This document shows, piece by piece, positions 40,014 through 52,965 of a DNA stretch of 64,000 nt. The notes under the pieces are model-generated. The model was not told where the DNA came from and searched no databases. It worked only from the letters and a program-made list of their open reading frames with translations. The stretch covers positions 434,001 to 498,000 of the forward strand of contig OX597827.1 of the NCBI GenBank assembly GCA_951406725.2, given 5' to 3'. A program made the translations under genes and the position numbers. Origin of the DNA: Octopus vulgaris. Taxonomy: Eukaryota. Every line of letters begins with the position of its first letter. Within the stretch, counting starts at the first letter, position 1.

Positions 40014-41157
40014 GTGTGTGTGTGAGAGAGAAAGAGAGAAAAAGAGAGAGAGGGGTGAGATATTTGGCATAAAGCCGAGTACTGACCTATGAAATGAATG
40101 ACTAAATAACTACCTTTTATACATACCGAACTTGTGGTCCTTGGAGGTTAATTATGAAATTGAGCAGAACCCCAGACCATGATAAATAGTATTAAAGAAC
40201 AAACGCAGCAACATCAACAACAACAGCATCAAGAACAACAAAACGCTCTCGATCATTAAAGCAGGGCTGTGTTGGTGGTGGGGATGCATCATCTCCTTTC
40301 CCCTAATAACAAATAATATTTACTACAACTTTTGTACGAACTCTATATCATTTCCCACAATCTTGTTATGGCATCAACTCGGCTCAGGGCTCTACTTCAC
40401 AAAGTGTTTCATTGTATCGGAAATGCGAATCCCACTCCCGTCTCCTTCCTCATAGATCCCTTCTCATCAACGTGACCCCTAAAACACCATGAGCAAGAAA
40501 GAAAAAATAACAAGAATCATACTTCGAAATATTTGATAAGGAAATAAAGAAAATATGTTTAAAAATATAGACTTGTTGGTGTTTGAGGTATTTGTTGTGG
40601 TTTTTGATGGTGAGGGTGGCTCTGATGATGGAGATTATAGGGACTATGGCGGTGGCCGTGATGGTGGTGGTGGTGGGGTAGATGCTGGTGATGTAAGTTT
40701 TACTGGATTTTGTAGTAGTATTGGTAGGAGTAGCAGGAGTAATAGTAGTAGTAGTAGTAGCAATAGTAGTAGTGGTGATGCTGGTGATGGTGGTGAGTAT
40801 GATGAGTATGAGGATGATGATGGTGATGATGATAGTGTTGGTAGTGGTTATGGTGTTTTCTGGGGTGGTGGTGGTGGTGGTGGTGGCGGTAGTGCTAGCT
40901 GCGATGGTAATTATGAAAGTGTGATGTTGGTAGTAGTGGTGATGCTGCTGATGGTGGTGGTTGTGTTAGTTGTGCCATTGGTGTTGGTGCTGCTGCTGAT
41001 GGTGGTGGTGCTTGTGGAGGGGACAGGATTTATGATGGAGCTGCTGGTTCAGGTGATGTCTGTTGTGATGGTGGTGGCGGCGGTATTGGTTGTAGTGGTG
41101 GTGGTGGTGGTGGTGATGATGATGATAGTGATGATTGTGGTGGTATTAATTGCATTG

Positions 41158-41194
<37 letters not shown>

Positions 41195-41452
41195 GTAGTA
41201 GTAGTGGCTGTAGCAACAATGGTGGTGCTGTCCCGACAGTCGGTGGGAGTAGGAAGAAGGGAAAAATAGATAAAAAATGTCATAAATAAATAAAGAAACG
41301 GAAAGTAAATAAAATATTTAGGATATGTCAGCTGAGAGAGTTAAGGTTCAATTTTAGCTGTACGTCTGACTCCCTTGTGGGGTCTAAAAAGACAATATAA
41401 CTCAAATTAATACTTGACCTTTACGAAGCAATACTAAATTATTCGTGTTTAC

Positions 41453-41660
41453 ATGACCTGCTAGAAACAACAGCTAAATCTCTCTCAATTCACATCCTAT
41501 TGCTTTTCAAAATATATATAAATGGAAGGACATATTTGATAATATCGACTGCAGTCTTAGATCATTTATGTTTGAGGAGATGGGAACGCCATGGTTTGAA
41601 TGCCTTTGACCCTATACCTACTCAATTACTGCTGACCTTGGGCTAAACAGCAGCAGCAGC
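41453..41660 (+). mobile_element. Old SINE-like repeat family E, 3' part with (CAG/AAC)n tail
   Basis: Homologous to 34640-34830. Confidence 0.6.
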
Positions 41661-42966
41661 AGCAGCGACAGCAACAATAACAACTACAACAACAACAGTT
41701 AGCTGAACTATACTGACAATTTTCACTAAATGTACATCATACAATTACATTATTTTTTGTTATCCCCCTTCTCTGTGTCACTCTTTTCTCCCCAGAGGAT
41801 GTCAGCCGAAGGAGGGAAATGTCTGATGTACGTTATAGCATATCATGCACCCCCACACACATAAACATATGTACACAAATACACACACGGACTCACATGA
41901 ACACATACATATATACACATACATAGACACACAAACATTTATACGTATACGCAAACATGGACACATACAGATGCAAGTACACACAATGCATACATATAAA
42001 CACATATACACATACACTTGTACACATACACGTGCAGATAAATTAGAATACACACATATACACACATCTTTTTAAGATATACATGCAACGCACTTACACA
42101 CACATACGCACACATATACACATGCGCACACACACATATATAACCATATACACCTCATAAACAGGCGCACGCACACATCAGACTCGAATATTTATACATA
42201 CTCGTTCATACACACATGTTTATACATATGCACGTAGGCACACATACATTTGCACACATACTCACACATACGCATGCGGATACACATACATCTGTGCGCG
42301 CATATGCATACACATATATACCCAAACGCACACAAATGCACACGTAAATACACATGTTCAAATATAGTGTCACAAATACGTATACTTGCATAGACATACA
42401 CATACAATCATTTGCATAAACATACGCATACGTAGACACGAGAAATACTCCTCATACTCACACGTTCAAATACTCACACATATTTTTACACTCATACACA
42501 CTGTCATACACATACCCATACACTCACACACATACACACACTATTACACTCACATACAGTCATACACCTACACTAACACACTCATACATACACACATCCA
42601 CAACTGTTATACAAATAAAAGAACACACTTACACATACACACATTCATACACAAAAACTCACACATAGTTTTAAATTCATACACACACACTCATATATAC
42701 TGTCATACATAGACACATACACACTAACACTCTATATCACACACACACTCACACACATGCAAATACATGTGTTTACACACCTCCCCCCTCCTCTGCTTAA
42801 CCATGTTTTATTATTACACATTAGCGAATAAGTACCGAAGGGTTCCTTCTCCTCTTCAACTCTTCCTATTCCCCCCTCTCTCTCTCCTCTTTCTCTCATT
42901 TGCTCGTTTTCTCCTTCTTTCTCATCCTTATATCTTCTCCATTTTGTTTATTTCCTACTTTCACTC

Positions 42967-42997
<31 letters not shown>

Positions 42998-43578
42998 TCT
43001 CTCCCATGTTTATTTTTCTGTCTCAACCCATTCCTCATCTCTCACCCACAACTCCAACTTCTCTCTCCTCACTTACATGCACATTTCTCCTATCTCTCGC
43101 CCTCCCTCCCTCCCTCCCTCTTCTCATCCCTTCTTTCTCTTCTGTCTGTCTGTCTGTCTCGGTCTGTCTTCCTCCTCTTCTCTCTAACATTATTTTTCAA
43201 AGCAATAAATTATTGTTCCAATGGAGTTTATTAATAATTATTTTGCTCACATGCTGCAAACAACAACAACAATAACAACTGCCAACAACACCAACAATAA
43301 TAATAATCATGCGAAAGATGATGATGCTGATGATGCTGATGAAAATGCAAATATAATATAAACACAATAATTGGAATTAAGTTTATTTGGTGAACTGTTT
43401 ACCAAAATAATAATTACGCTAATGATGATGATGATGTTGACGACGACAATGATGATGATGATGATGATACTGCTGCTGCTGATGATGAGAAGAATTCTGA
43501 TAACGAATTCGTTATTGCAATCGCTAAGTCATCAGACATTTCAGGATGTACTTATATGTACATACATATGTATATAAG

Positions 43579-43647
<69 letters not shown>

Positions 43648-43826
43648 ATATATGTATACATACATATATATATGTATATCTATGTATATATATCTATGTA
43701 TATATATGTATATGTATATATATATATGTACATATATGCATACATACATATATATATTTTATTTTGGGATGGTCATTTTTATGGACCAAATATATGTATC
43801 TATCTATCTATCTATCTATCTATCTG

Positions 43827-43869
<43 letters not shown>

Positions 43870-43983
43870 GCACCCCCCACACACAAACAAAATTATATGT
43901 CCATATATGTATGTGTGCCTGAGAGTGTGAGAGTGTGTGTGTGTGTGTGTATCTGTTCGATTATTTTAGAAAATTCCCGTTTA

Positions 43984-44168
43984 GCTTCTTCTTCTTCTTC
44001 TTCTTCTTCTTCTTGTTCTTCTTGTTCTTCTTCTTCTTCTTCTTCTTCTTCTTCTTCTTCTTCTTCTTGTTCTTGTTCTTCTTCTTGTTCTTGTTCTTGT
44101 TCTTGTTCTTGTTCTTGTTCTTCTTCTTCTTCTTCTTCTTCTTCTTCTTTTTCTTCTTCTTCTTCTTC
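43984..44168. repeat. (CTT)n/(CTTGTT)n microsatellite
   Basis: Direct reading. Confidence 0.95.
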
Positions 44169-44724
44169 CCCTTCTTGGTTTCAGCCAACTCAGTTATTCT
44201 GTGTGTTTCCATGCCCCGAGGGGTGAGCTGGGCAACACATGACTCTCATACATGTATTTCTCATATTCCTATCACGACGGTGGTTGTCATACAAATATAT
44301 ATTAGTGCCACGTGTTACCCAACACGCCTCCTGGACACGCAACAAGTACACAGAATGATAAATATGGTTAAAAAAAGAAAAAGAAAATTAGAGAAAAACG
44401 AAAGAAAAAAAGAGGCTGAAAGGAAATTCTTGCAGAATATCCGAACCGTTTGATCAACAGCTTCAGGCTTTTGCAGGAAGATAATTAAGTATCATTCATT
44501 CTTATTTTATTCGAAACTAAATGTAACATCTTTTGGTTTAATTTCTTGATTTGGAAATGAAGCACCAGAAAAAACGATTTACATCGAAGTCTTTTTTGTT
44601 TTCTCCACTTGAAACTGATTTTACGCCATGTCATCCCAGTGTTTGCACTGAAGATGCACAATATGTTGAAACGGAGCCGTTTGCAGATTTAAAGAGGACT
44701 GAACAGCAAATACTCATGGTTATC

Positions 44725-44877
44725 TGTTTCTTTATTACTCACAAGGGGCTAAACATAGAAGGGACAAACAAGGACAGACAAAGGGATTAAGTCAATTACA
44801 TCGACCCCAGTGCGTAACTGGGACTTATTTAATCGACCCCGAAAGGATGAAAGGCAAAGTCGACCTCGGTGGAATTA
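44725..44877 (-). mobile_element. 5'-truncated SINE A ending in tail-1, 18-bp TSD
   Basis: CAAATACTCATGGTTATC (44707-24) / CAAATATTCATGGTTATC (44878-95). Confidence 0.88.
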
Positions 44878-45027
44878 CAAATATTCATGGTTATCGTCAT
44901 CGTCGTCGCTGTCTTCGTCGTCGTTGTCGGCCCTGTCGTTGCCGCCGTCGTCGTCGTCGTCGCTGTCATCATCATCATCATCGTCGCTGTCATCATCCTC
45001 ATCCTCATCATCATCATCATCATCGTC

Positions 45028-46505
45028 AAAGCCAGTGGGTTTGCGGCTCGGCACTTGGAGAAGCAAGCCCATGCCGTCCAACAGCGTCTCCGTCGTGGGA
45101 CGCTGGACCGACGGACCGGTTAAATTGCTCGCAACCTGGTTCGGTTCGGACCTCCAAATGGAGAAGAATTGGGGCGAAATAACGACTAGGGTGGCCATTC
45201 TCATCCAGCAATGGGCCGAGAGGAAGCTATCCCTAAAAGGTCGGGCGGAGGTGGCGAACTCGTACATCGCATCCATCATCGATTACCGTCTGACCATCGT
45301 GCCTGGTCCCGACCCTACCATCACCAAACTGGAACGCATACTCTTCCGCTTCTTGTGGAAGGGAAGCGTTCCGATGGTTAGGCGATCCATTTGCTGTCAA
45401 CACCCGCTAAATGGAGGGCTAGGCACGCTGTAGTTGATGAGGCGCAGATATGCGCTGAGATTGCAACATCTCCGGCGCTTCATAGACGACGGTGAACAGG
45501 TGTGGTCGCCGTTTGTGCGGTGCGCTTTCCCGCAGCTCGTTTCCTTGGCTGAACTGCAGTCGCGGATCAAGCAGAGACCGAGGCTAGGCGAATGGCACCG
45601 CGAGTGTCGCGTTGCTCTCAAGCAACTCTGCCGTCCAGGACCAAACTTGTGCGACTTAATTACAACAAAGGCGTTCTATAGAGGATTAGTGGAGGGGAGG
45701 TGTGACGACGTCGGGCAGAATCTGGGCGTCGACGAGGAACACCTGACCCGCCTATTCAGGACAACTTTCGGGCCGGGAACTATGGACAATCACCAAAGGT
45801 CCCTGGCCTGGCAGTGCTATCGAGAAGCATTACCCGGTCGGGATAAGCTCTACAGGCACGGTTCCAGACACACCGGACCGACTTGCTCGAGATGCGGTCA
45901 GAGCGACGAAACCGTTCTGCACACACTCGTGCAGTGTCCAACCATTTCGGACCTGTGGGCTTATGCCGAACGGCTGCTGCCATGTGTGGCACGAGTCCGC
46001 ATGTCGGCCGAGTCTATCATGGCAATTGCTCTGCCATCTTCCCTCAACCAGGATAGCAAGGCAGCCTTCATCTCTGGCCAATCGCTCGTCAACTTTTTCA
46101 AGTACCACTTGAAAAGGAAGTGAGAATGGAGAGGCAGGTTTTGTCTCGTGAGTGTTTCAAAAAAAGGTGGATGAATGTATCAAAGATGGTGCGTGTGAGT
46201 GACGAAACGACTTTAAGCATGATCCTGTAAATCGAAAAAAGAGAGAGAAAGAGCACTTTGCTCTCATGTGTTTATTCCCTCCCTGCCTGAGATTATTGTG
46301 GTCTTTTCCGTAGGCTTTTCTTTCCACGGATAACCCTAATCTTACTTTTTACATTTGATGCTCCCTTTTCGTCGTTTTTTTCCCGAATCTCTTTTGATCG
46401 GAACTTTACTTTCTTATTTTGCCTCATTTTTTCATTTTCGAAAAGAAAAGCTCTACATTTGTATTTGTCCCCTCTGTGTTCAGCCCTGTGTGGCTAATAA
46501 AGAAA
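45028..46505 (+). mobile_element. Tx1/L1-type LINE, 5'-truncated
   Basis: WAERKLSLKGRA, GGLG, CCHC zinc knuckle CSRCGQSDETVLHTLVQC, 3' UTR ending AATAAAGAAA before (ATCT)n. Confidence 0.93.
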
Positions 46506-46553
46506 GTTATCTATCTATCTATATATCTATCTGTCTGTCTGTCTGTCTGGTTG

Positions 46554-46630
<77 letters not shown>

Positions 46631-46635
<5 letters not shown>

Positions 46636-48061
46636 ACTTCTTGTGGAAAGGATGCGTCCCGATGGTCAGGCGATCCATTTGCTGTCAACACCCGTTAAAA
46701 GGAGGGCTGGGCATGCCGTGGTTGATGATGCGCAGACACGCGCTGAGACTGCGACATCTCAGGCTCTTCGTAGACGACGGTGAACAGGTGTGGTCGCCAT
46801 TTGTGAGGCACGCTTTCCCGCAGCTCGTCTCCATGACCGAACTGCAGTCGTGGATCAAAAAGAGGCCGAGGAAGGGCGAATGGCACCGCGAGTGTCGCGT
46901 TGCTCTCAAGCAACTCTGCCGTCCTGGGTCGACCTTGAGTGACTTCAACACAACCAAAGCATTCTATAGGGGATTAGTGGAGGGGAGGTACGACGACGAG
47001 CTCGGGGCGAACCTGGACGTCGACGAGGAGTACCTGACCCGCCTGTTCAGGACGACTTTCGGGCCAGGGCCCATGGACAACTTCCAGAGATCCCTGGCCT
47101 GGCAGTGCTACCGAGAAGCGCTACCCATTCGGGATAATCTCTACAGATACGGCTCGAGAAACACGGGCCCGACCTGCCCGAGATGCGGTAAGAGCGACGA
47201 AACCGTTCTGCACGCACTCGTGCAGTGTCCAACAATTTCCGACCTGTGGGCTTATGTCGAACAACTGCTGTCACGTGTGGGACGAGTCGGTTTATCAGCT
47301 GAGTCTATCGTCAATATTGTCATGCTTCCTTCCTTCAAACGGGAAGGAAGAGCTATTTTCATCATCCTTGTGGATATGTCGAAAGAATGTATCTGGTGGA
47401 CGCGTCTGAAAGGATTGGAGACAAACACATTCCTCTCTGGTCAATCTCTCATCAACTTCTTCAAGTACCACTTGAAAAGGAAAGTGAGAGTAGAGATGCA
47501 AGTTTTGTTTAGCGAATGTTTAAAAAAAAGATGGGTGAATGTAGCAAGGATGGCACGTATGAATGACGAAGCCACCTTGAGCATAATCCTATGAACCCAG
47601 AAATTGAAAACAGAGGGTTACCCACTTGCAAACAAATGTGGTAACATATAACAATATTGACCAAGGTTACCGTGGTCTTTTTCGTAGGCTTTTCTTCCCA
47701 CGGATAAACCTTACTTGCTTTCCCGTTTAAACCATATATCATAACACTGTGATACACGATCCCTATCGATCGTTTTTTTTTTCTCTTCCCCTTTTTTTCC
47801 CCTTTTTCTTCTTTTTTCATTTCTCTTTTCTTTTGTTCCTTTTCCTTTTCTTTTTTTTTATTTTTCTTTTTTCTTTTTTCTTTTATTTATTTATTTATTT
47901 TTGTTCTTTTCTTCCTTTTTACGATCCCTCTTGATCGAAAACCTACGTCCCCCCCCTTTTTTTTGTTTCTTTTGTTTTTTGTTTTTTTCATCCCCCAAAA
48001 GAAAAGCTCTACCTTGTAACTTGTCCCATCTGTGTGCAGCCCTGTGTGGCCAATAAAGAAA
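46631..48061 (+). mobile_element. Tx1/L1-type LINE, 5'-truncated, ORF2 C-terminus still open
   Basis: FLWKG...GGLGMP...CPRCGKSDETVLHALVQC to stop at 47594; (ATCT)n on both sides. Confidence 0.95.
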
Positions 48062-48062
48062 C

Positions 48063-48127
<65 letters not shown>

Positions 48128-48589
48128 CACGTACACGCTCATACTATGGTCTTGTACATTGTTTATCAAGTTTACCAACAAGGCATTAATTGGTCCAAGG
48201 TTCTAGTTGAAACACTTGTCTAAGTGGTCACTAAGTTGACACAGAATCCAACACTATATGGTCACGAAGTGAATTTCTTACCACACAGCCTTGTGCGGAT
48301 AAAAACTGTATGAAAGCCACTGTGGATTACATCATTTCTATATGGATCCCTAACCATCGCAAACTATAAAGAACTCAGTATGGTACGTTTTGCATCCTAA
48401 CAGACTGCACCAGAGACCACCTACACAATGACACAGTGAAGGACCGCTTACGCAGTTCCCGAAATGCAAGAAATAGCAGCTCAATCTCCCTAAAATTACG
48501 CCCCAACTGTTCTTCCACAAAAGAATGGCAAAACTGATAATGTAGTTCATAGATATACGATACTGAACCCCATCCCTAAGGTATTTTAG

Positions 48590-48829
48590 CTACGAATTTC
48601 TGGTAGGGCCTTGCATACAGGTCGGGTCAAATGATAGAGACCAGAGGTAAAAATGGGTTTGCGCAGAACCAGCAACCCTGCTTAGGAAGAAAGCAAAGTT
48701 ACAGAAGCATCGATGACTATTCAAAACCAAATGGACCTGAGAAAGGAAGGCCTTAAAAGACAGTCCAGAGTCGAGAACAATGGAGAAATATCGTCGATGG
48801 TCTATATTCCATAAGGAGCTTAAGTAAGT
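48590..48829 (+). mobile_element. Short RTE-derived non-autonomous element (5' UTR-like part joined to 3' end)
   Basis: GGTAGGGCC...CCAGCAACCC 5'-like part; 3' WRNIVDGLYS followed by a (TAAG)n-like end. Confidence 0.5.
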
Positions 48830-48870
48830 GAAGGTGTTTGGGCCAGGAGCTCAGCTAAGTACATCTAGAG

Positions 48871-49511
48871 CTGTGGTTCCCAACCGGGGTCCATATAAGA
48901 TTTTTGGGTTTCCACAATTGCAAATAGTAAATTGGGGATTCACAGTAGTATTTAAAGGGTCCATGAAAAAGTTTTGATTTAAATATATGTTAGCTCATTG
49001 GTTACAGAGTCAGGCTCAACATCATGAGTAGTGAGTTCGATGCCCTGTTCGGGCTATGTGTTGTGTCCTTGAGCAAGACACTTTATTTCACGTTGCTCCC
49101 GTTCACTCATCTATAGAAATGAGTTGCGACGTCACTGGTGCCAAGCTATATCGGCGTTTGCCTTTCTCTTGGACATCTGTGGCATGGAGAGGGGAGGCTT
49201 GTATGCATGGGCGACTGCTGGTCTTCCATAAACAACTTTGTCCGGACTTGTGCCACGGAGGAGAACTTTCTAGGTGCAATCCCATGGTCATTCATGACCG
49301 AAGGCGATCGTTACTTTACTATCGCAAGAAACAGTTAGGTTCCTTTCTCTAACATTTTACATAATTCAACCTATACAAGTAAATGTGTGAATAACAAAAT
49401 AGGAATTTTGAAAGACGTATCTATTTAAGTTCTTAAACACCGGTTTAAGGGCCCGCCGAATAAATTAGTAAATAAATGGTTCTACGGGAAAAAAATGGTT
49501 GAAAACCACCG
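48871..49511. mobile_element. hAT/Charlie-like MITE
   Basis: Imperfect TIRs CTGTGGTTCCCAACC / GGTTGAAAACCACCG; left flank ATCTAGAG resembles the Charlie target site. Confidence 0.6.
48988..49320 (+). mobile_element. SINE family D (CORE-type) nested in the hAT MITE
   Basis: GAGTTCGATGCCC B-box, TGTCCTTGAGCAAGACACTTTA CORE motif; its tail recurs inverted near 30230-30274. Confidence 0.8.
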
Positions 49512-49860
49512 ATCCTAAGTTACTTTATTAAATCTATTATTTAAGAGTAGAGGAATGTAATTTGAGGCAGTTTTGGCAGCTATTTTTGCCGTTCAGACAG
49601 CTGCATGAGTGGTTACTTCTTGTGCCATTTTATTTCATTTAAGCAAATTATCCAGTTTAAATTTAAAAACAAACTGTTTATAATAACAAACTACATTATA
49701 TGGTTCTTTTAAGAGGATGCATAGCCAGTTGGATACGTAAACAACCGATTAACCGTACGTGTGAAACTATATGTAACCTTAGTAACATTTTTTTTATTGA
49801 GCAAGTGAAGTCTCGCCGCTAATTGTATTACATCGTCTTAAATACACCGTTTTCTCATAA

Positions 49861-49902
<42 letters not shown>

Positions 49903-50010
49903 GCATAAACATCTGGTTTCTGTCTAATTAATATGCATGCATACATACAAATACATACACAAAACACAGACACACATTTATATAAGTATATATAGGTATA
50001 TATATATACA

Positions 50011-50058
<48 letters not shown>

Positions 50059-50086
50059 AATATATTATGTATAACTATATATATAA

Positions 50087-50142
<56 letters not shown>

Positions 50143-50214
50143 TTATCTAGTTTCAGCTCACAAGCTGTGGCCATGCTGGGGCACCGCCATTTGGCGTTGC
50201 TACATGATTTTACT

Positions 50215-52965
50215 TCACGAATGCTTTGTAGCAATTGCCATTTGGTGCATGAGAGAGTTCGATGCAGCTGCCCTCATCTGCACCTCCTGCCGTGAAGTTG
50301 GTTCATCTGGGACACCTGACAAGAAGAGATCCAGTTTTATTTTAAAGACATCTGCATCCATCCCATGCAGGTCTCTCAGGTTCTTCGGGAGGATATTCAA
50401 GAGCTGTGGGCCTCTGAAGCCCAGGCTATCACAGTATCTTGTACTACATCTTGATGGCAAATTTGGAGTCCTTGGCACTATGCAGTGGCGCCCAATTCTG
50501 GCATTTGTGTAACTCTCGATGCCAAAGTTTGGGACAAGTCCTTCTAGGATCTTCCAGATGTATATTATGGCATATCTTTCTCGCCTACGTTCTAAAGAAT
50601 AGAGTCTCAATCTCTTGAGTCTTTCCCAGTAGCTTATATGCTGCACAGAGGCTATCTTCTTCGTGTAGCTTCGTTGGATCGCATCAAGTTCTGTGATTAA
50701 CTTGGCACTGGATGGTGGCCATAGCTGAGAGCAATAGTCAAAGTGGCTTAGGACAAGTGTCCTCCAGAGGACCATCATGGTTTCCTGGTCTCTTGTTCTA
50801 AAGGTTCTAAGAATCCATCCGGTCTGCCGCCTACATTTCATTGCCAATTTAGCAACATGCACATGAAAGGTTGCATCATCACTCATGTAAATACCCAGGT
50901 CTCGCACTGATTGTGCCTCTGGGATTGCAATCCCTCCAGGTCCAGTGTATTTATTGGGTATTGCATTTAGTTTTGCATGCTGATAGCATAAAGCTTGAAA
51001 CTTTTCAGCATTGAACTGCATGCTATTCAGCCCACTTGTATATTTTGTCCAGTTCACATTGCAGGTGCATAGTGTCTTCAGGGTTCTGTATTGCCTGTGA
51101 AACTTTTTTATCATCAGCATAACTTGTGATCGTGGCTCTCTGCGTGGCTGAGGGCATGTCTGAGAGGGCCATTATGAACAGTAGTGGTCCCAAAACAGTG
51201 CCTTGCGGAACACCGCTCACTATTTGCGTGTTAATGGAAGTGTCCCCATTGGCTACTACCATCTGGCTTCTATCCTTCAGAAAGACATGAAGCCATTCTC
51301 CCAATTTTCCAACTATGCCAAGATCACGCTGTTTGTGACATATCATTCCATGATCGACTTTATCAAAGGCCTTTGCAAAGTCGAGATATATGACTTCCAC
51401 ATTTGAGTGGTTGAGCAGTCGTTTCAGCACCCAGTCATAGTGTTGTAGGAGCTGAGTTAGGCAGCTTCTTCCCGGTCGGAAACCATGTTGGGTGTTAGGC
51501 AGCAAGTCATTTTCTTCAAGGAAGGTGATTAGTTTCCTTCTGACTATTCGTTCCATGACCTTGCTGATGTGTGAGGTCAGAGAGGTAGGTCTGCAGTCCT
51601 TGGCCTCCGCTCTGCTACCTCCTTTATGAATAGGGCATATTTTACCTTCCTTCAGTTTTCTTGGATGTTTGCCAGTTGCAAGGAAGCTCTGAAAGAGGAA
51701 CTGCAGTGGTCTTGCTAGCACTCTCTTACATACTTTTAGAAGGATTGTTGGGAATCCATCGGGCCCAGTAGCTGAGTTTGTTTTCATTTCATCAATAGCC
51801 TTTATTACATCGTCTTCCTTTATACTGATGTAATCAATCATCGCTGCCTCTGATTTTATATCTGCAGTGGTAAAGAAGTCAGTTGGATTGCTGACTTGAA
51901 AATGCCCAAGGGGTTGAGTGAAAACACTCTTGAATTGCTCATTTAGTATTTCACTTACCCTCATTGGATTTCCTGTGAGTGTGCCATCCTTTTCAAGGAG
52001 TGTCCCTATCCTACAGTGCACCGTAGCTGTTTCTTTGGCATACCTGTAGAAAGCTCTGGGGTTAGATTTTATGTTGTCTATAGCCCAGGATTCTTTGTAT
52101 GCTTTTTCTTTTTCATGGGAGAGTTGCAGACATTTTTCGATTTCCAACAGTTTTATTTTTAGGCGGGACATTTTACTGCTTCCAATTTGTTTGTTTAGGT
52201 GATTTGAAACTTTTGTACGCCGTCTCATTAGAATTTTCCTCTCTCTTGGGATTTTGTTCTTGTGTACAGTGGCCTTTCTCTCTGGGACACATTTGTAGCA
52301 TATGGCTTGCATTACAGACATGAATTGTTGAAGTTTCATGTCGATGTCTGGTGAGGAGAGACATCCAGGCCGGTTTTGTTTGAGGATCTCTTTCTCAATT
52401 TGTTTCCAGTTTGCCTTATGGAAGTTCAAGCTGGAAAGATTCTGAGAGTTTCTTGTAGACTGCATGTCCATGCTTTCCTTTGGCCCGTACATTGTCAGCT
52501 CTGCCATGTTGTGATCCGAGTGTCGTATCGGTGTCACTTTCACATTATGGATGAGATCCATATTATTTGTGAAGCAGAGATCCAGTATGTTACCTGCCCT
52601 GGTTGGTTGGAGTATTATTTGCTCCATGTACAGAGTGTTGATGAGGTTCAGGAGGGACCTCGCCTGTCCTCGTTCGCATCGTGTCATTTCTGGGAGAGAA
52701 AGGCCCTCGGGCCATGTGACATTGGGCAGATTGAAGTCTCCCATAAGAAGTACACTTATGCGTTGTTCTAATGTGACTAGAACTTCTTCTATTTTTATAA
52801 GGCAGTCTTCAAATTTGCCTACATGGCTTGGAGCATCTGGAGGGCGATATGTGTTTCTGTAAGTGCTATGCATAAGGCTTGATTGCATGCAACAAGGTCT
52901 CTCAAGAAAGGGATTTTTGTCCTGTTACTGAGTGTTAGCAGTCCTCTGATGTTCAGTAGGAACAT
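50215..52965 (-). pseudogene. CR1-group ORF2 (AP endonuclease + reverse transcriptase), two frameshifts
   Basis: LNIRGL, LTETH, YRPP, GDFN, LDL, SDH; QHGFR, YLDFAKAFDKVDH, GVPQGTVLGPLLF, YADD; C-terminal YSLERRRER; frameshifts near 52860 and 51030. Confidence 0.95.

Noticed and set aside
40555-41289. 244-aa G/D/V-rich ORF
   Set aside because: Degenerate (GGT/GAT/AGT)n trinucleotide tract with no recognisable domain
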